Positions 5,156-6,394 of a DNA stretch of 6,394 bases are shown here, one piece after another. Position 1 is the stretch's first letter, and each line of letters begins with the position of its first letter. The translations under genes were made by a program, and so were the position numbers. The stretch lies in the IMG/VR virus record IMGVR_UViG_2778261567_000021; one strand, 5' to 3'. The notes under the pieces were generated by a model that saw only the letters and a list, made by a program, of their open reading frames with translations, ran no database searches and was not told the DNA's origin. Source of the stretch: a virus (lineage: Duplodnaviria; Heunggongvirae; Uroviricota; Caudoviricetes).

Positions 5156-6394
5156 TCAAGAATTTTGGGGGTAAATTCGCGGGGTCATAACAACGATTTT
5201 TTCATCATTGTTCTGGAGAAGCTCGAGACGGTCTACCCATAGATTAAGAGCATCACGTTTTGCATCAAGGTAGCGGGAGTGGTTATAGACTCGTTGCATC
5301 CCTGGCATCTGGTGGGCTGTAAGCTGCTCGACAATATGCGGATCCACGCCTAAATCGTTCAGCATGGTTGTAAATGTGTGCCGGATATCGTGTAACGTCC
5401 AGGGGGCTTGATTAATTCGTCTGTGCGCTGTTCTTCCGTACTCTGCTACCGAAGATTGTCCTTTCAGTTCACCAAGCAATAAGCCTGAGTGTCTGTTCTG
5501 CTCCACCAGTTGCGTGACGAACGGCAAAATGCTTTCCGGTATTGGCCTGAATATGGCGACCTTCGTTTTGCTGTGCTCCTTCGGTACTGTCCAGAGCATT
5601 TCTTTAAAATCCCACTCCTGCACCTCAGAGCGCCTTAGCTCAGTGGTACGGCATCCAAAAACAATCAGGAGGCGAATTAGGGCGCTGTAGTATGGCGGGA
5701 ATATTTTGTCATCCAGGGCGCGGAGTAATTCCCCAAGCTCCTTATTTGTTAGTACGCGCTCGCTCACTTCTGCTTTTTTTCCCACATCACCGACAACCAT
5801 ATCATCAAGAACGTTGCTGATTGCGTATCGTCGTTTTCGGCAGTACTTAAGCGCCTGTTTGCATACCTGTAGCAAAAATCCGGCAGATACAGGGCTTCGC
5901 TTTGCCATCTGGTCAAAACATGCCAACCAGTGCCGTAGCTCGCATTTTTCCAACGGCAAAGCGCCAATCTGGCTGATTATGTGTTTATTGATCCGGCTTT
6001 TCAGTGATTCGTAGTCAGTGCGCTTTTCCTTTGCATACGATTCAAGCCAGTAAGTGAGCGCTTCCTTAACTGTCACGGGGGCTAACGCATCCTGTACAGC
6101 ACGATTAAGCTCATAGCGCGGATTTTTCCCCTCAGCCAGCCAGGCGCGACACTGTGCTGCTTTTTCCCTGGCTGCTTTCAGGCTCAGATCGGGATAATTG
6201 CCCAGTCTCAGACGTTCCGGTGATACCTGCCTACCAGTTCCGGCCCTGTAAGTGAAATACCAGGTTAACAGGCCGCTGGTGGAATGTCTTACGCTAAGAT
6301 TGCCACCGTCATTAAAAAAGGCGTTTTTTGTGGTTGGTGATCCGCTTAATTTTCGTAAAAGAGTGTCGCTAAGTCTATGAATTGCGCTGCTCAT
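5156..6394 (-). CDS. int: Tyrosine site-specific integrase, P4 family (412 aa)
   Basis: ORF of 412 aa. The C-terminal catalytic region carries the HxxR box (HDIRHTF) and the tyrosine nucleophile motif (RVYNHSRY). The N-terminal region (GNLSVRHSTSGLLTWYFTYR...) resembles the arm-binding domain of P4/CP4-57-type integrases, recalled from memory. The ATG sits exactly at the window edge, so an upstream extension cannot be excluded. Confidence 0.93.
   Translation of the reverse strand: MSSAIHRLSDTLLRKLSGSPTTKNAFFNDGGNLSVRHSTSGLLTWYFTYRAGTGRQVSPERLRLGNYPDLSLKAAREKAAQCRAWLAEGKNPRYELNRAVQDALAPVTVKEALTYWLESYAKEKRTDYESLKSRINKHIISQIGALPLEKCELRHWLACFDQMAKRSPVSAGFLLQVCKQALKYCRKRRYAISNVLDDMVVGDVGKKAEVSERVLTNKELGELLRALDDKIFPPYYSALIRLLIVFGCRTTELRRSEVQEWDFKEMLWTVPKEHSKTKVAIFRPIPESILPFVTQLVEQNRHSGLLLGELKGQSSVAEYGRTAHRRINQAPWTLHDIRHTFTTMLNDLGVDPHIVEQLTAHQMPGMQRVYNHSRYLDAKRDALNLWVDRLELLQNNDEKIVVMTPRIYPQNS

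Larger units (their letters stand above)
1..6394 (-). mobile_element. Part of an integrated satellite-phage-like island (P4-like / PICI-like): int, alpA, regulatory switch, small-ORF operon, primase/helicase, iteron ori, ssb-like
   Basis: Gene content and order: P4-type tyrosine integrase and AlpA co-oriented with a P4-alpha-family primase/helicase that is followed by an iteron cluster. Genes are packed with overlapping start/stop codons. The island boundaries (att sites) are not in the window. Confidence 0.7.

Noticed and set aside
5706-6014. ORFs 5706..6014 (+) and 5764..5967 (-) inside the integrase
   Set aside because: They are embedded in or antisense to the integrase coding sequence, which has intact catalytic motifs in its own frame.
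1-6394. Retron, reverse transcriptase or a defence-system cargo gene (as found in some P4-like elements)
   Set aside because: No ORF with RT-like (YxDD) or other recognisable defence-enzyme motifs is present; the window covers the core integration and replication modules only.

Overview
The window reads as the integration, regulation and replication end of an integrated satellite-phage-like island (P4-like / Gram-negative PICI-like) from an enterobacterial-type genome. Almost all coding is on the minus strand. From right to left: a complete P4-family tyrosine integrase (5156..6394) starting at the window edge; an AlpA-family regulator (4527..4736); a convergent two-gene plus-strand cassette (ribbon-helix-helix-like protein 4005..4184, basic 57-aa protein 4242..4415) ending in a clear intrinsic terminator; a divergent promoter region (about 3850..3990) carrying three palindromic GTGTT-N-AACAC operator-like sites; a tightly coupled minus-strand operon of five small unknown ORFs (3805 down to 2615) feeding by ATGA overlap into a 584-aa P4-alpha-family primase/helicase (864..2618); a cluster of about 11 copies of an 8-bp iteron (624..849), a likely origin; then a 92-aa ORF ATGA-coupled to an SSB-like gene that runs off the left edge. 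No tRNA, rRNA, CRISPR array, transposase or reverse transcriptase was seen. The most novel-looking content is the RHH/basic-protein cassette with its operator switch, a 9-nt homopolymer that separates two small ORFs by one frame, and the run of unannotatable small proteins upstream of the primase. All functional assignments rest on reading motifs by eye and from memory; no database search was run.
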